A DNA stretch of 63,617 bases, counting the filler, from Stramenopiles sp. TOSAG23-6 (lineage: Eukaryota): assembly GCA_900128565.1 (NCBI GenBank). It is 11 parts of 11 records of this genome, joined end to end, with 100 filler letters (N's around TTAATTAATTAA, not from the genome) between each part and the next. Parts side by side here need not be neighbours in the genome. Positions count along the whole stretch, not along the records: positions 11,607 to 17,309 come from LT636848.1; positions 17,410 to 23,112 come from LT636849.1; 9 more parts are not named here. One strand, written 5' to 3'. Numbering within the stretch: position 1 is the first letter of the stretch; every line of letters starts with the position of its first letter. A program made the translations under genes and the position numbers. Under the pieces are notes generated by a model that had not been told where the DNA came from, did not search any database, and was given only the letters and a program-made list of their open reading frames with translations. Positions 11,684 through 23,212 of the stretch are shown here, piece by piece.

Positions 11684-13477
11684 ATGTAACCCTTGTACTT
11701 CTTCATGGATTTCATCCCTCATATCATTTAGATTATCTTCGATATGATTCTGTAAAAATTCTAACTGCCATCCTAATTGTACGCCTTCTTTTTTATTTCC
11801 AGCATTCAAGAGATCACAATTATTTGTGTCATTATTATTTCTATCGTTGTTTCGATTATTCAATTGTTTCGTATTTTTAACTTTGTGTTGCATTGTATTG
11901 TTTTGCAATCTATGATTTTGTGTAGCCGCATTCAATAGTGCATTAAGTTGATCATTTAATCGTATAGGTGATTTATCATTGGTTTCAGTCCTACATTCTG
12001 GAACAATATTTATTGAACTATTTGACAATTGGTGAGAATCTTTACTATTATTATTGATACCACTAATATAAGTGTTTGTTTGAAGTTCTTCATTTACCCG
12101 AGCATGCACAGCAGTTGGCTCAACCATTGGGTCAAGGAGCGCAGAAGACCTCGAAGAGTTTTGAAATCCGGATTCCACTGGTTGAACAACAGGTTTATGT
12201 GTAGTAGGGGGTTGTGGTGGCATTTTCGCGTTACGGCGATGTAATACACTTTGTGGGTTTTCTACATTCTCACTTCGCTCATTCAATACTTTATCTTGAT
12301 TTTGTGTTTTGTTATTTTGAATGTTACTCTGTACAGTATTAACACATACTTTATGTTTTGTATCTGATGTACTCTTCATATCGTATCGTCCAGATTGTCC
12401 AGCAAGGTTACTTTTTGAAGAGTTCGATGACAATTTTACATTTTGTTTACTTTTGGTAGGCAATTGACTTCTTCGCCGATCCTTTTTCAACTCTCTATCA
12501 AGTTCCAGCCAACATATCGCGTGATTAGGATGTAAGTTATGATCGCCAAGCGGAGCTTGTTTATGATTCCCGATTCGTAAATCGTAAATAAATACTCGTC
12601 CTGAAGCAGTTCCAGTGAGTAATGTAACTCCATCAGGATGAAAGGATGTTGCGGTCAGGGGCTCAGATGTTTCGTACCGTCGCACTGCTTTACTTTGTCG
12701 AACATCAAAGAATTGTATAGCTGAATCAAGAGCACATGTACATAACAAATCACGATTTCTTTTTGACCAAGATAACCCAGTGACTGGTGCAGAGTGAGGT
12801 CCATAGAAAGTTGAAACTGTTTGTCCGCTCGAAGTTTCCCAAACAACTACTGATCCATCGCTATAACCTGTCGCTAAATTGCTCACTAAAAATGGAGAAT
12901 ATTGCATCGATGTAACCTCCTTCTTTGATATGCCAGTATGAGTTGCTGTTACTGGTTTCATAACTCCTGGAAGTGTTGAACCCGTTTGCATACTGTGAAG
13001 CATTATAACACCGTTGGAATCACCAGACGCCACATGTGTGTCTTTACTACTGAAACAAACAGTGTTTATTTCAGCAGCTTGCTGAATAGGTTGTTTCCAT
13101 TTACGAATCAATATCTGTCGCTTTAAATCCCATACTTTGACTAATGTATCAGCGCCACCACTACAGAGGTAACGTGAACCTTGAGAAAATGTAATTGTGT
13201 TCATACGAGGGGGTCGATTATCAGGAGACCACAACTTTGGCAGTCTACCTAGATTATCACCATTATGATGAGTGAGACAGATCGCACCGTCATCTCCACA
13301 CGATGCAAGTACCTGGCTATTATGATTCCAACGAACACAATTAATTTGAGACTGGTGAGGACAAAACTCCGTTTGCATGGAGCACTTCGCTGAGGCAATG
13401 TCATATTTCCAAACTCGAACTACATCTGCTGATGTCACAAATCGAAACGAGGATGATGAATCGGTAATCGTATCCAT
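11684..13477 (-). CDS. NEDD1: NEDD1/GCP-WD-like WD40 protein, 3'-truncated
   Basis: N-terminal WD40 propeller (VRWNHNSQVLASCGDDG, HSAPVTG, EPLTATSF), low-complexity linker and C-terminal IEDNLNDMRDEIHEEVQGLH. Confidence 0.85.
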
Positions 13478-13857
13478 CGTATATGGGTGTACTGAGAATT
13501 ATATTTTCCCACGAAACTCCGCGAATACACAGCTGAGAGACTTCAATATTTTTAATCAAACCTCGATTGAAAATTACTAATGAATGATGAATCATCATTT
13601 TTCCGATTTCCGATTTTGCTGGAAAAATTTCGATTTAAAAAAACGATTGATATTTCGTGTTTTTTACTCCGGCGACGTCACGCGACTTTTTTCTTCGTTG
13701 AAATTTTTGATCATTTTCATTCATTTTATTGAATTCAATTGAATTTTGTGTATGACATTGACATTTTGTGCATCGCATTCCACCAATCTGAGTAGCATAG
13801 TATATTTTATAAGCTTATATCGGCTATATTTAATTGGGCATCTTTAGTTATTCGTTA

Positions 13858-14580
13858 ATGGCGGGAGAAACAGTGGGTGAAACAGTCCAAAAGGTTTATT
13901 TTGGTCCTTCTATTAGCATCCACGCAGTGACAAACTACAAATTTGGCGTCAAAAATTCCCCTCATATAGAGCCTTCACAGAGTCAAAAGCTTATAAATTT
14001 AGAGAAACGGTTCAATGCACATGGACAGCAGAGATCTGTGGCGGCTGTTCTTTTGACACACCTTCATGGACACCCACATGTTCTTCTGCTCAAAACAAAG
14101 CGTGAACACGTTGTCGACAATCATTCCCGAAATCGCTCAGGTTCTATGGGTAGTGTTCGTGGCTCCACGAGGCACGAAAATTATTTTAGACTACCTGGTG
14201 GGCTACTAGAACCTGGCGAATCTGAAGGTGAGGGTGTGCAACGTATTCTTTTTCAGGAAGTTGCTCCAAATAATGCAGTGGGATTGAGACAAGTTCAATC
14301 TTGGGAAGTTCATAGTCTTCTCTCTACTTGGTGGCGTCCGAAAGCGGAATCGTACATATATCCTTACTGTCCTGCACACATTACAAGACCTGTAGAACAA
14401 TGTAAAGTATTTCTGGTGGTTCTTTCAGAGGAAAGTGTTTTAGCTGTTGGAGACGGCTGTGAGTTGATCGCCGTGTCTTTAATGGACCTGTATCAAAGTG
14501 TCGACGAATATGGTTCCCTGATATCTTCACTCCCTACTCTTTTATCAAGATTTACATTTCATTGTATGGAAAAGGAGTGA
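13858..14580 (+). CDS. NUDT21: Cleavage factor Im 25 kDa subunit
   Basis: NYKFG, RSVAAVLLTHLHGHPHVLLL, FRLPGG, WWRP, YPYCPAHIT and YGSLISSLPTLLSRF. Confidence 0.92.
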   Translation: MAGETVGETVQKVYFGPSISIHAVTNYKFGVKNSPHIEPSQSQKLINLEKRFNAHGQQRSVAAVLLTHLHGHPHVLLLKTKREHVVDNHSRNRSGSMGSVRGSTRHENYFRLPGGLLEPGESEGEGVQRILFQEVAPNNAVGLRQVQSWEVHSLLSTWWRPKAESYIYPYCPAHITRPVEQCKVFLVVLSEESVLAVGDGCELIAVSLMDLYQSVDEYGSLISSLPTLLSRFTFHCMEKE

Positions 14581-14730
14581 AAAATGACAATGTAGTTATG
14601 TACTTTTTGTAAGGGAAGTTCATTTATTTATTTCTAAATTGACGTAAACTATTGCTTTCAATTTCGTTTCTAGGTTTTGATTTGAGAGTGTGAAGGTTGA
14701 TAGTATTAGTATCCATATTCACTAACCCCA

Positions 14731-15966
14731 TTACCAAATCGTTGACATTGTATTGTGTATTTCTGTATCTTCAACTGTTTGTTCGGACATATATCGCGTT
14801 GATGTGTTTTTCTTTTTTCTTACTTGTGCATTATTTTTGTGATTTATTTCGATAGCTTTTTGATAGTTCAACTCCCAATCAGTAATTAGCATAGAATATG
14901 CAAATGTATTCAAATTATTATTTGATGGCTTTAATGTTTTACTTTTCAAAGGAGAAACGTTTGACAAATTCGAAATTAAATGCGAATTTGTTTTCATAGA
15001 AACGTCTATTATACTACTACTACTTCTAGTTAACTCAATTGTTTGAGTATCATCTTTAGAATCTGTACTAATTTTACATTTTTTTGCCTTCATTCTCTCA
15101 CTATTACTATATTTACTATCTTCATTAGCATTCTCTATCATTTCTGTTTTTACTATAGAGTTGCTTCCTGGAGTGAAGGATTTACTAGGAAGAGGGTTAG
15201 GGTTAGGGCCACTTTTATATCCCGTCTGTCTTGCCAACAGAGCTATTCTTTTTGCAACGGTTGTATTATAATCCCGATATACTGCCCTAGCATGTCTCTT
15301 ATGTCTAATATCATCACACATCAATGTCTGCATTTCGTGTTGGTAATTTATTTCATCATGTATGTATTGTGAAAAAATATTGTAGAAAAATATTGTTAGG
15401 TACGGAATTTCGTACCAAAAAAAAAACAAATTCATCATGAAAACGTACAAAAAATGGTGGCTAACGGTATAAAATATATTCGTCGGGCGGAGAACTTTCG
15501 AGTATCTATACTGGAATTCACTTATATCTACAATTAAGTCAAAGTCGATAGCAAAAAGGAGTTGTACTTCTAAGGTATTCATTTGCTTGAGAGTTAAACC
15601 CCCAATTCTTGCAAAATCTTTGTTTGTAAAATGAACGTCGTCATTGAACTTTGCTGCAACAAGGACACTAGCAAGAATTGCAGTGTGAACATTTTCAGCT
15701 ATGATTCGATGATTGCAACTACGTTCTAAACGACTCACATAACAACTTGCGAGAATATATGATTCAAAACTACAACACGCATAAGTACAAATTCGAGAAA
15801 TGTATTTTTCCATGTTATAACCAACTATCGGCTTAACGTCTTTTTTTGTTTGGGCGTGGACAACATTATGTTTTCTTTGTGCGGCCATTTTCATCTGATG
15901 CATTCGAAGAGATATGCCACTCTCTATAGAACTCTGATATTCGTTATTAGTTATTCCCATTGGCAT
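14731..15966 (-). CDS. PHO80/cyclin-U(P)-like cyclin; in-frame intron 15362-15448
   Basis: YISRI..Y..CS, AAKFNDDVHFTNKDFARIGGL and MNTLEVQLLFAIDFDL. Confidence 0.88.
   Translation of the reverse strand: MPMGITNNEYQSSIESGISLRMHQMKMAAQRKHNVVHAQTKKDVKPIVGYNMEKYISRICTYACCSFESYILASCYVSRLERSCNHRIIAENVHTAILASVLVAAKFNDDVHFTNKDFARIGGLTLKQMNTLEVQLLFAIDFDLIVDISEFQYRYSKVLRPTNIFYTVSHHFLYVFMMNLFFFWYEIPYLTIFFYNIFSQYIHDEINYQHEMQTLMCDDIRHKRHARAVYRDYNTTVAKRIALLARQTGYKSGPNPNPLPSKSFTPGSNSIVKTEMIENANEDSKYSNSERMKAKKCKISTDSKDDTQTIELTRSSSSIIDVSMKTNSHLISNLSNVSPLKSKTLKPSNNNLNTFAYSMLITDWELNYQKAIEINHKNNAQVRKKKNTSTRYMSEQTVEDTEIHNTMSTIW
15362..15448 (-). mobile_element. Introner-family intron, GT-AT, 87 nt, stop-free
   Basis: TT|GTACGT...GTACCTAAC...CACAATACAT|A; phases match. 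Confidence 0.85.
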
Positions 15967-16176
15967 TTTAATAAGCTTATCAAGATACCTTTGCTTTCTT
16001 TCTATTGAAAACAAATCTAATCTCTTTCAGGAGATCTGATAATTAACCTACAGTAACTGCCGAAAATGACACGTGGCATTCGTGAAAGTCATTTTTTTGT
16101 TCAGTCAGAGAACAGTGGTCGAATCAAGCATAGAGCTACTAGACCAATATCGTGTAATCTTTTGGCGATTTTGACA

Positions 16177-17220
16177 ATGACAGAAAAGGAGTTCAAATTG
16201 GCTGCGAATTCAGAACTTCGTTTCGCTCTTGCTAATTATCAGCGATCAATTAGTATAACATTAGTGAAAGGGTCTGCCGAGTTATTTGGTTCAGAACTTG
16301 TAGAAGAACGCGAATATAAATTCTGTGGTCAAAAAGGGGCTATTTTCACATGGTATGGTTGCACATTAAAAGTAGCTGGTGCTATTGCCCGGGAGGTTTA
16401 CGTATCTACCGACACTCCTATGAAAGATTACGTTAATGTACATGGTCAAATTGAGAGTGCAAGAGAAGATGCAGTTGCGTTTAGTGCCGATGGTCCAAGA
16501 GTTTTAGTTGTTGGTTCTACAGATAGTGGTAAATCCTCTCTTTGCCGTTTATTATTAAATTATGCAGTTCGAATGGAACGTTCACCCATGTATGTCGATT
16601 TAGATGTAGGACAAGGCGAAATTTGCATTCCTGGTTCTGTGGCAGCGACACCATTAGATAAAGGATGTCTTACTGTTGAGGGAGGTTGTAGCATGTCAAT
16701 TCCTCTTTGTTATTTTTTAGGGCATGTTGAACCTTCGAAAAACTTATTTGCTTATAAAGCTTTAGTGGAAAAGATGGCTGATTGTATTAATAAAAGACTA
16801 GAAATAAATACGAATGAAAGAGCCGCTGGTTTAATAGTTAATACGTGTGGGTGGGTTAATGGTGAGGGATACAATTTAATTTTACACGCTTGTAAAACTC
16901 TCGCTTGCGACGTCGTGTTAGTCATTGGTCACGATAGGTTATTTAATAGTTTACAGGCTGATGTATCTGGTATAGAAGGCCTTGATCAAACAGCAGTATT
17001 GAAAGTTCCGCGTTCAGGTGGAGTAGTTGAACGTAGCGCTGCAATGAGAAAAGCGAATCGAATGCAACGAATACGACAATATTTTTATGGCAATGCAGCT
17101 CATAAGGAAGGTAACCTTCAACCAACCACTAAACATATTTCCTTTGATGATGTGAAAATATTCGAAATTGGAAAGGCACTACGTCTAGCTAAGGAAATGA
17201 CACCTGAAACATCCGTAGAT
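16177..17220 (+). CDS. CLP1: Polyribonucleotide 5'-kinase Clp1, 3'-truncated
   Basis: GSAELFGSEL, AIFTWYGC, GPRVLVVGSTDSGKSSL, DLDVGQG, NTCGW and IRQYFYG; family intron from 17221. Confidence 0.95.
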
Positions 17221-17410
17221 GTATGTTTTATTTTTTTTTCAATTTAGAATTTCTTTTCGTACGAAATTTTGTACCTAACGTTTTTTTTTTCAAATATTTT
17301 TCCAAAATANNNNNNNNNNNNNNNNNNNNNNNNNNNNNNNNNNNNNNNNNNNNTTAATTAATTAANNNNNNNNNNNNNNNNNNNNNNNNNNNNNNNNNNN
17401 NNNNNNNNNT

Positions 17411-18510
17411 GGATACCCGTTCCGTAGGAGCTTTACAGCAGATACAATCTTTTCGCCGGAAAGGCATTCCAGTCATCATTACTAATGGTTTTCAGGACTC
17501 TTTCTCGTCTTGGATAAAACAAGATGGTAGCCTCAATTTGGACTATCTATCCAAACTATTAGGGAATGAACACGTTCCTGTGAAAGTTTATCGTCAGACA
17601 AAGTATTGTGATGATTCTAGGAGTGAAAGTGCACGTTGTAGTGGCGCAAAAAAAGAAAGTATTGTACGTATGACATTTCAAGAATTTCTCAGTGGCTTTT
17701 GGATTCCAGGGAAGGAAAGTGGCTATCTACACCAATGGCAGTTTCCTTTATCAGAGACTGCAAACAAAAATATTCGGCATTTTGTTCCTAAAACTCAATT
17801 TTGTTCATGGGCGGAACCGGAACCTTCACTAATTTACATTGTGATAAGGGTGGCTTATCTATAATAATTGCTCCTATAGTTGGCACCAAAGAAGTTATTG
17901 CAGTTCATCGTAGTGATGGGAAGATCATGGGCTCTAGTCAGTCTTATAGTACATTTTCAAAATTATTTTTTTCACCTAAATGTTTTTTGTACCAAAGTTT
18001 GTACCTAATGAATATTTTTTTGAAATTTTTTTTTCACAAGTGTATGTGTACCTAGTAATCCATTAAAAACCAACTTGGTAACTCATCCACTTTTCGGTTT
18101 TGCTCGTTCCTGGAAATGCACAGTTATCCCTGGCGACATTTTGTTGATGCCTGCTGGGACTTATCATTCTGTGAAGAACAAAACGCCATGTTTCTCATAT
18201 CACCGTATGCACATTTTCATTATGAATTTCAAATTTATTTTTTTTTCATACGAAATTTTGTACCTAACAATTTTTTTTCGATTGTGTTTTTTTTTTTTCA
18301 CAATACATGCATCTGGATTCACTAAATTTGCCATGGCTATTTGATTCATACCGTCGATCTGAAGTCTGCGAAATTGATCATCCGTTGATCATATGGAATT
18401 TGACTCATGGAGTTATGAATCAAACTGATAATTGGTGTGAAAAAAATAGAAAAATAGATTTGAAACATAGAAATGACTTTCAGCAACAGCAACAAAAAAG
18501 TTTTTTTTGA
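17411..18510 (+). CDS. JmjC-domain protein, 5'-truncated, apparent frameshift near 17800; introns about 17949-18045 and 18209-18308
   Basis: GIPVIIT, YLHQW, FMGGTGTFTNLHCD (HxD) and PGDILLMPAGTYHSVKN. Confidence 0.8.
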
Positions 18511-19072
18511 CTTTGGAAGTTCGAGAAAATTAGAAATAAATGGATTACGTGNNNNNNNNNNNAGGCATCAACAAAATGTCGCCAGGGATAACTGTGCATT
18601 TCCAGGAACGAGCAAAATGTTAGTTCATATGACTGGGTGACGTTACTGAAAGACTTGCAAGAAACTGAAACTGAATTACATCAAAGTTTGGACAGGCTTA
18701 AATAATAAACAATAAAACTTTCTAAGACTATTCATATTTTCTTTTTTGATTGGAGGCTGAAAAAAAAAGGAATATTTCTTCAGTTAAACTGGATGAATCC
18801 TACTTCATCTACTCTATTTTCTCTGTAGCTAGTACTAGTATACTTAGTAGCAAGGTTGGTCATCCGTTTTGAACGTTTGAAGTCGCGCGATCCAGCTATA
18901 TATATCGATATATCGGAGATTTTTTTTCTAAAAAGGGCCGACTGGACACGGAGGGTATACGGAAGTACGCACTACGGAGGCCTCTATCGATACTTTTGGT
19001 ACCATACTTTATCCTACTACTACTGGGTGTATCCTATATATAAAAGGCAGCATTATCTTTTCAAGGCTAACA

Positions 19073-21103
19073 ATGAATCAAGAACAACAAAATAACAGTG
19101 GTAAGAATGATTCGGAAATACAAGTGAAGCAAAAAAAGGTTAAAGAACTAAAGAAATTGTATCTGCAATGGGTTGACACCATGTCTTTGACTTTGTTTTT
19201 CATTGCCATATTCTTCATATGCGGGAATATAATGTCCCATCATAATCCTGACGGTCTTCCGGGCACTGGTGACGAATACCTTGGGAATATTGAATTGTTA
19301 AACAAAACAACAAATAATGCCATTCCAGAGTTAAATCAGAGAGGCCATGATTGCCTTTCCGTTTCACCTTTTCTTGGTAAACAAAATGGAACACTCGAAG
19401 GGGAGTGGGTATGGGTTGATGGGCTTGCGACTACGACAAGACTACTTGCTGGTGATACCCAACCCACTAAAGTAAATGTAACCGGTAAAATTGCAGTTGC
19501 AAATTTTGGGGCTTCTCTTGATCATAAACCTGAATTTGTGTGTTTTCATCATGATTTTTTTAACTAAATAATTGTTTGTACCAAAATTCGTACCTAACGA
19601 ATTTCGAATTCTAAAATTTGTTTTTCACAATACATGGTGGAGGATTTTTTTACTCACACCAAGAAATGATTCAACACTTACATTCCGAAGGGGCTATCGG
19701 CGGCTTAATCTTGGCAAATGATTTTACAATTGAGGGCATAGGCCAGGGCCAGGGTTTTCATACTCCATATGAGTATCTTGAAGTTGATCAACCTGATATC
19801 TTTTTGGTTTGGATTACGGACTTTTACTTATTTCCAGGTGCACCTACCCACAATGCGCCAATTCCAAAATACTTCTATGAAGAATTAGCCAAAAAGAGAG
19901 ACAAACTTTTTGTTGGTGAGAGTAAGATAAGAATAAGTATCTTTGAAGAAGATCAGAAAACAGGAATTGTCGCCAAAAATCCATTTTTATGGTGCCAAGC
20001 CCACATTCTTTTGCCTTTGATGGGCATGTGTGTAATGAAAGTAGGTTTTAATACATTGGACGAAATGAACTTAAAATCGAATGCGATAAATGCTCCACGG
20101 GTCTCAATTTGGCTTGCAATTTTCACCTGTGTACTTCATGTCATCAAATCGCCGATGCTTGGGGTGGGACTTTCGCACAGACACCTAGGAATTTGGGGTA
20201 GCGCTTATGGTTTTGGTTATAATTTCTTTAGTCCTTCCGGTGTAGCATTTTTCAATAATATCTTGGTCGGAATTTCTGTAATGGAACTAGTCAATGCTAC
20301 TAAGAGAATGAGAAAACAAGCTCAAATTTTTAAAAAGTACAGAACTACTCTAATAATATCATTTATATTGACAGTCCCTCCTCCTTTTGTCATAACTTTC
20401 ATTATGATACTTGGATTAATACCAATATATTATTTCGTAGTCTTTAGACTCTTTGAAGATACATTTGGAGGTTTTTTATCAGGTGTATATTTTGTTGTTC
20501 AATTTATGCGACTTCTTCAAGTTATGGGTGAAAAACAGAGGAAAATGAAATTAATGAGACGATCTCGAAATAAAAACAAAAAGAATGATAAACATTCTGC
20601 ACAAATGCTAAAGCTTCAGCATATGACGTATTGGCTTGGCATCAATGCATTTTTTCTACTTATTGCAACTATATTTAATTTAGGTACCTTCCTTCTATTT
20701 ACTGGTGATGGATATACTATGGAAACGTTCTCGCATGTTTTTTGGTATATAAGATATGTATTTCGAAAATCTATCGATGTAATCCTTGCATACTCAAAGA
20801 TTAGATTGTTTGATCAAAGTGGTTTTCATCGGCGTAAGACTATGTACGTTTTCATCATTCATTCCAAAATTTTACTTAAATTTATTTTTTTTCGTACCAA
20901 AAGTTTTTGTACCTAACGATTTTTTTAAACCAAAAAAAAAAAAAAATTCACAATAAATGGATAAAGTTGCCCAAACAATTTCAGGGAAAAGTCGACAGAT
21001 GTCTCGTATGCTCAGACTGTCACAACGTAAAACTGATGAACAAATAGTTAAAGAAACTAAATTATTGCTTCAGAAATCTCAAGCAAGTGAAGAAAAGGCA
21101 TAG
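19073..21103 (+). CDS. Multi-pass membrane protein with extracellular N-terminal region; introns 19538-19635 and 20844-20958 (both GT-AT)
   Basis: Three open exons join in phase (TTT|GTGTGT...TACAT|GGT; AT|GTACGT...CAATAAAT|G); about 7 hydrophobic segments. Confidence 0.75.
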
Positions 21104-21310
21104 CTGTCTTGCTGTATATCAATCGATATTCCCTACTACCGTTAGGTTTAGTTACAAAACTTTCGTACGGAATCCAATAACAATTTATTTATTTTGAAAA
21201 AGAATAAAAAACCTGTTGACATCATAAATGTAACCGTAACGTCTTCTTTTGATGTTGACTTTTTTGCCTTACGATTTTTATATAAGATTTACAAAATTGA
21301 CCCGTCAATT

Positions 21311-22573
21311 ATGAATGACTCACAGGATAGTAAATTTACTTCAGGTCTTTCGCTTAAGCGTATGCAGAAGGAGCAACGAGCAATTATACATCATGAATTT
21401 TCGAAGATGAGAAGGAAGGCGGAGCTTTGCCGTTCTAGACAAAAGAAAACGATGAAATTAAAGAATAGGCACACTGCAGTTGGAGGAAAGAAAACAAATG
21501 ATATTAAAATTCGTGAAGAAGAAAGTGAGACTCCAGTTGATAATAAATTTGCATTTATTAAAGAACATGAAGCAAAAATTGGAGATTTACTTAGACAAGA
21601 CTTGTGTCAATGTAATTTCGAAGAGTATCAGACCTTTATTGCAAATCTCAAGGATAAAGTGAATCCAGATAGAGTTGAGTTACGCGAAATTAGAGACAGA
21701 AAGGCTTTGAAACTGAAAAATAATTGTACTAATCCCACTAAAGTAGAGTTAACAAACACTGGTCGCGATTTGGTTCTACCTTACTCAGAGATATCTGTTA
21801 AAAACTCTAGAAAGGAACGAGAACGACAAATGAGTTTTATGCTTGGAGATGCGAAGTACAAAAGAAGTTTTCAAGTTGATAACGCTCAATACAAACAAAA
21901 ATTATCACAAGGAAAAGTAATCGGAGTGAAAACATACATTAGTGACAATAGTCTTGATGTAAATTCTCTTGAATCGGAACCAGATCTAGAAGATGAAGTG
22001 AAACTGCTACAATCCAAACTTAATACAACTGAGACTAAGTGCGACCAACTTGAAAAAATGAATAATTTTCTCAATTCCAAAGCAGATGGAATATACCGTC
22101 GATGTACTCAGCTTGGTGCTAAAGAAAGCCAATGGAAAGATATGTTCAAAAAAGAAGCAGAAAATAGAATTAGAATTGACAATTTACTCAAAGAAAATGA
22201 AAGTTTAAAAAAGAGACTCACGGAGCTTAGACTTGCAGCTTCCCGAGAGCAGTCCAGTATAAAACAAAAAGATGGCTTACGGTTAGAAACTCGATACTAC
22301 GTGAAACTATTAAAACGATTAAAAAGTCAGAATAGAATGATCAATGAATTAAACCAAGAATTAGAACAAACAAAATCTGAAAATATAGAGTTGGAAAGAA
22401 CAATCCGTGTATTAAAAGCAACAGCAAGCGCTAATAGTACAGCTAAGTCTAGTGATAATAGTCAAAGAGTCATCCCCACTTCAACTATGAGTGCTGTGGA
22501 AGCGGGAGAATTTCCTAAATTACGTCGAAATCATTTCAATGAGCACCAGAGTTTCGCAAATTTATATTATTAA
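21311..22573 (+). CDS. Coiled-coil hypothetical protein
   Basis: Long intronless ORF rich in E/K/L heptads. Confidence 0.7.
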   Translation: MNDSQDSKFTSGLSLKRMQKEQRAIIHHEFSKMRRKAELCRSRQKKTMKLKNRHTAVGGKKTNDIKIREEESETPVDNKFAFIKEHEAKIGDLLRQDLCQCNFEEYQTFIANLKDKVNPDRVELREIRDRKALKLKNNCTNPTKVELTNTGRDLVLPYSEISVKNSRKERERQMSFMLGDAKYKRSFQVDNAQYKQKLSQGKVIGVKTYISDNSLDVNSLESEPDLEDEVKLLQSKLNTTETKCDQLEKMNNFLNSKADGIYRRCTQLGAKESQWKDMFKKEAENRIRIDNLLKENESLKKRLTELRLAASREQSSIKQKDGLRLETRYYVKLLKRLKSQNRMINELNQELEQTKSENIELERTIRVLKATASANSTAKSSDNSQRVIPTSTMSAVEAGEFPKLRRNHFNEHQSFANLYY

Positions 22574-22729
22574 TAAACATTTTTTTTTCTCAACTTTTCT
22601 GATGTGTATTTGAAATCATTCTATTTGTTGTGCTCCCCAATTTTTGAATTTTCGATATTCTTTTATGATTGCAATTATAGATTGTTTTTACCATTTTTTT
22701 TATCCACAGAGAAATTCTCCATCACAAAT

Positions 22730-23024
22730 TCATGATTTCCTTTTATTCACAGAGAAATTCTCCATCACAAATTCATTATTGTCGTTCCCAGTGCCTTTAG
22801 GCTGTGCCTTAAGAGCTCTATTTAACATTTTTCGTACAGCATTTACATAAAGACACCAAGCTTGGCGTGCATCTGAGTTTGTTTCTATTGTATCTAGAGA
22901 GCTGTTTTGTACAAGTGCATCAAACAATATTCCAACTTCGTCAATATCTACAACATAATCAACGCGATTAAGTCGATCTCGATTAGTCAATGACACCCAA
23001 TTATCTTTTGAGAGAATCGGATCC
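22730..23024 (-). CDS. Last exon of a hypothetical protein
   Basis: Open frame follows a family acceptor AAAATACAT|G. Confidence 0.55.
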
Positions 23025-23212
23025 ATGTATTTTAGAAAAATATTTCACACAACAAAAAAAATCGTTAGGTACAAAATTTCGTACGAAAAAAAAATCGAAT
23101 TTGAAAAAAAAANNNNNNNNNNNNNNNNNNNNNNNNNNNNNNNNNNNNNNNNNNNNTTAATTAATTAANNNNNNNNNNNNNNNNNNNNNNNNNNNNNNNN
23201 NNNNNNNNNNNN

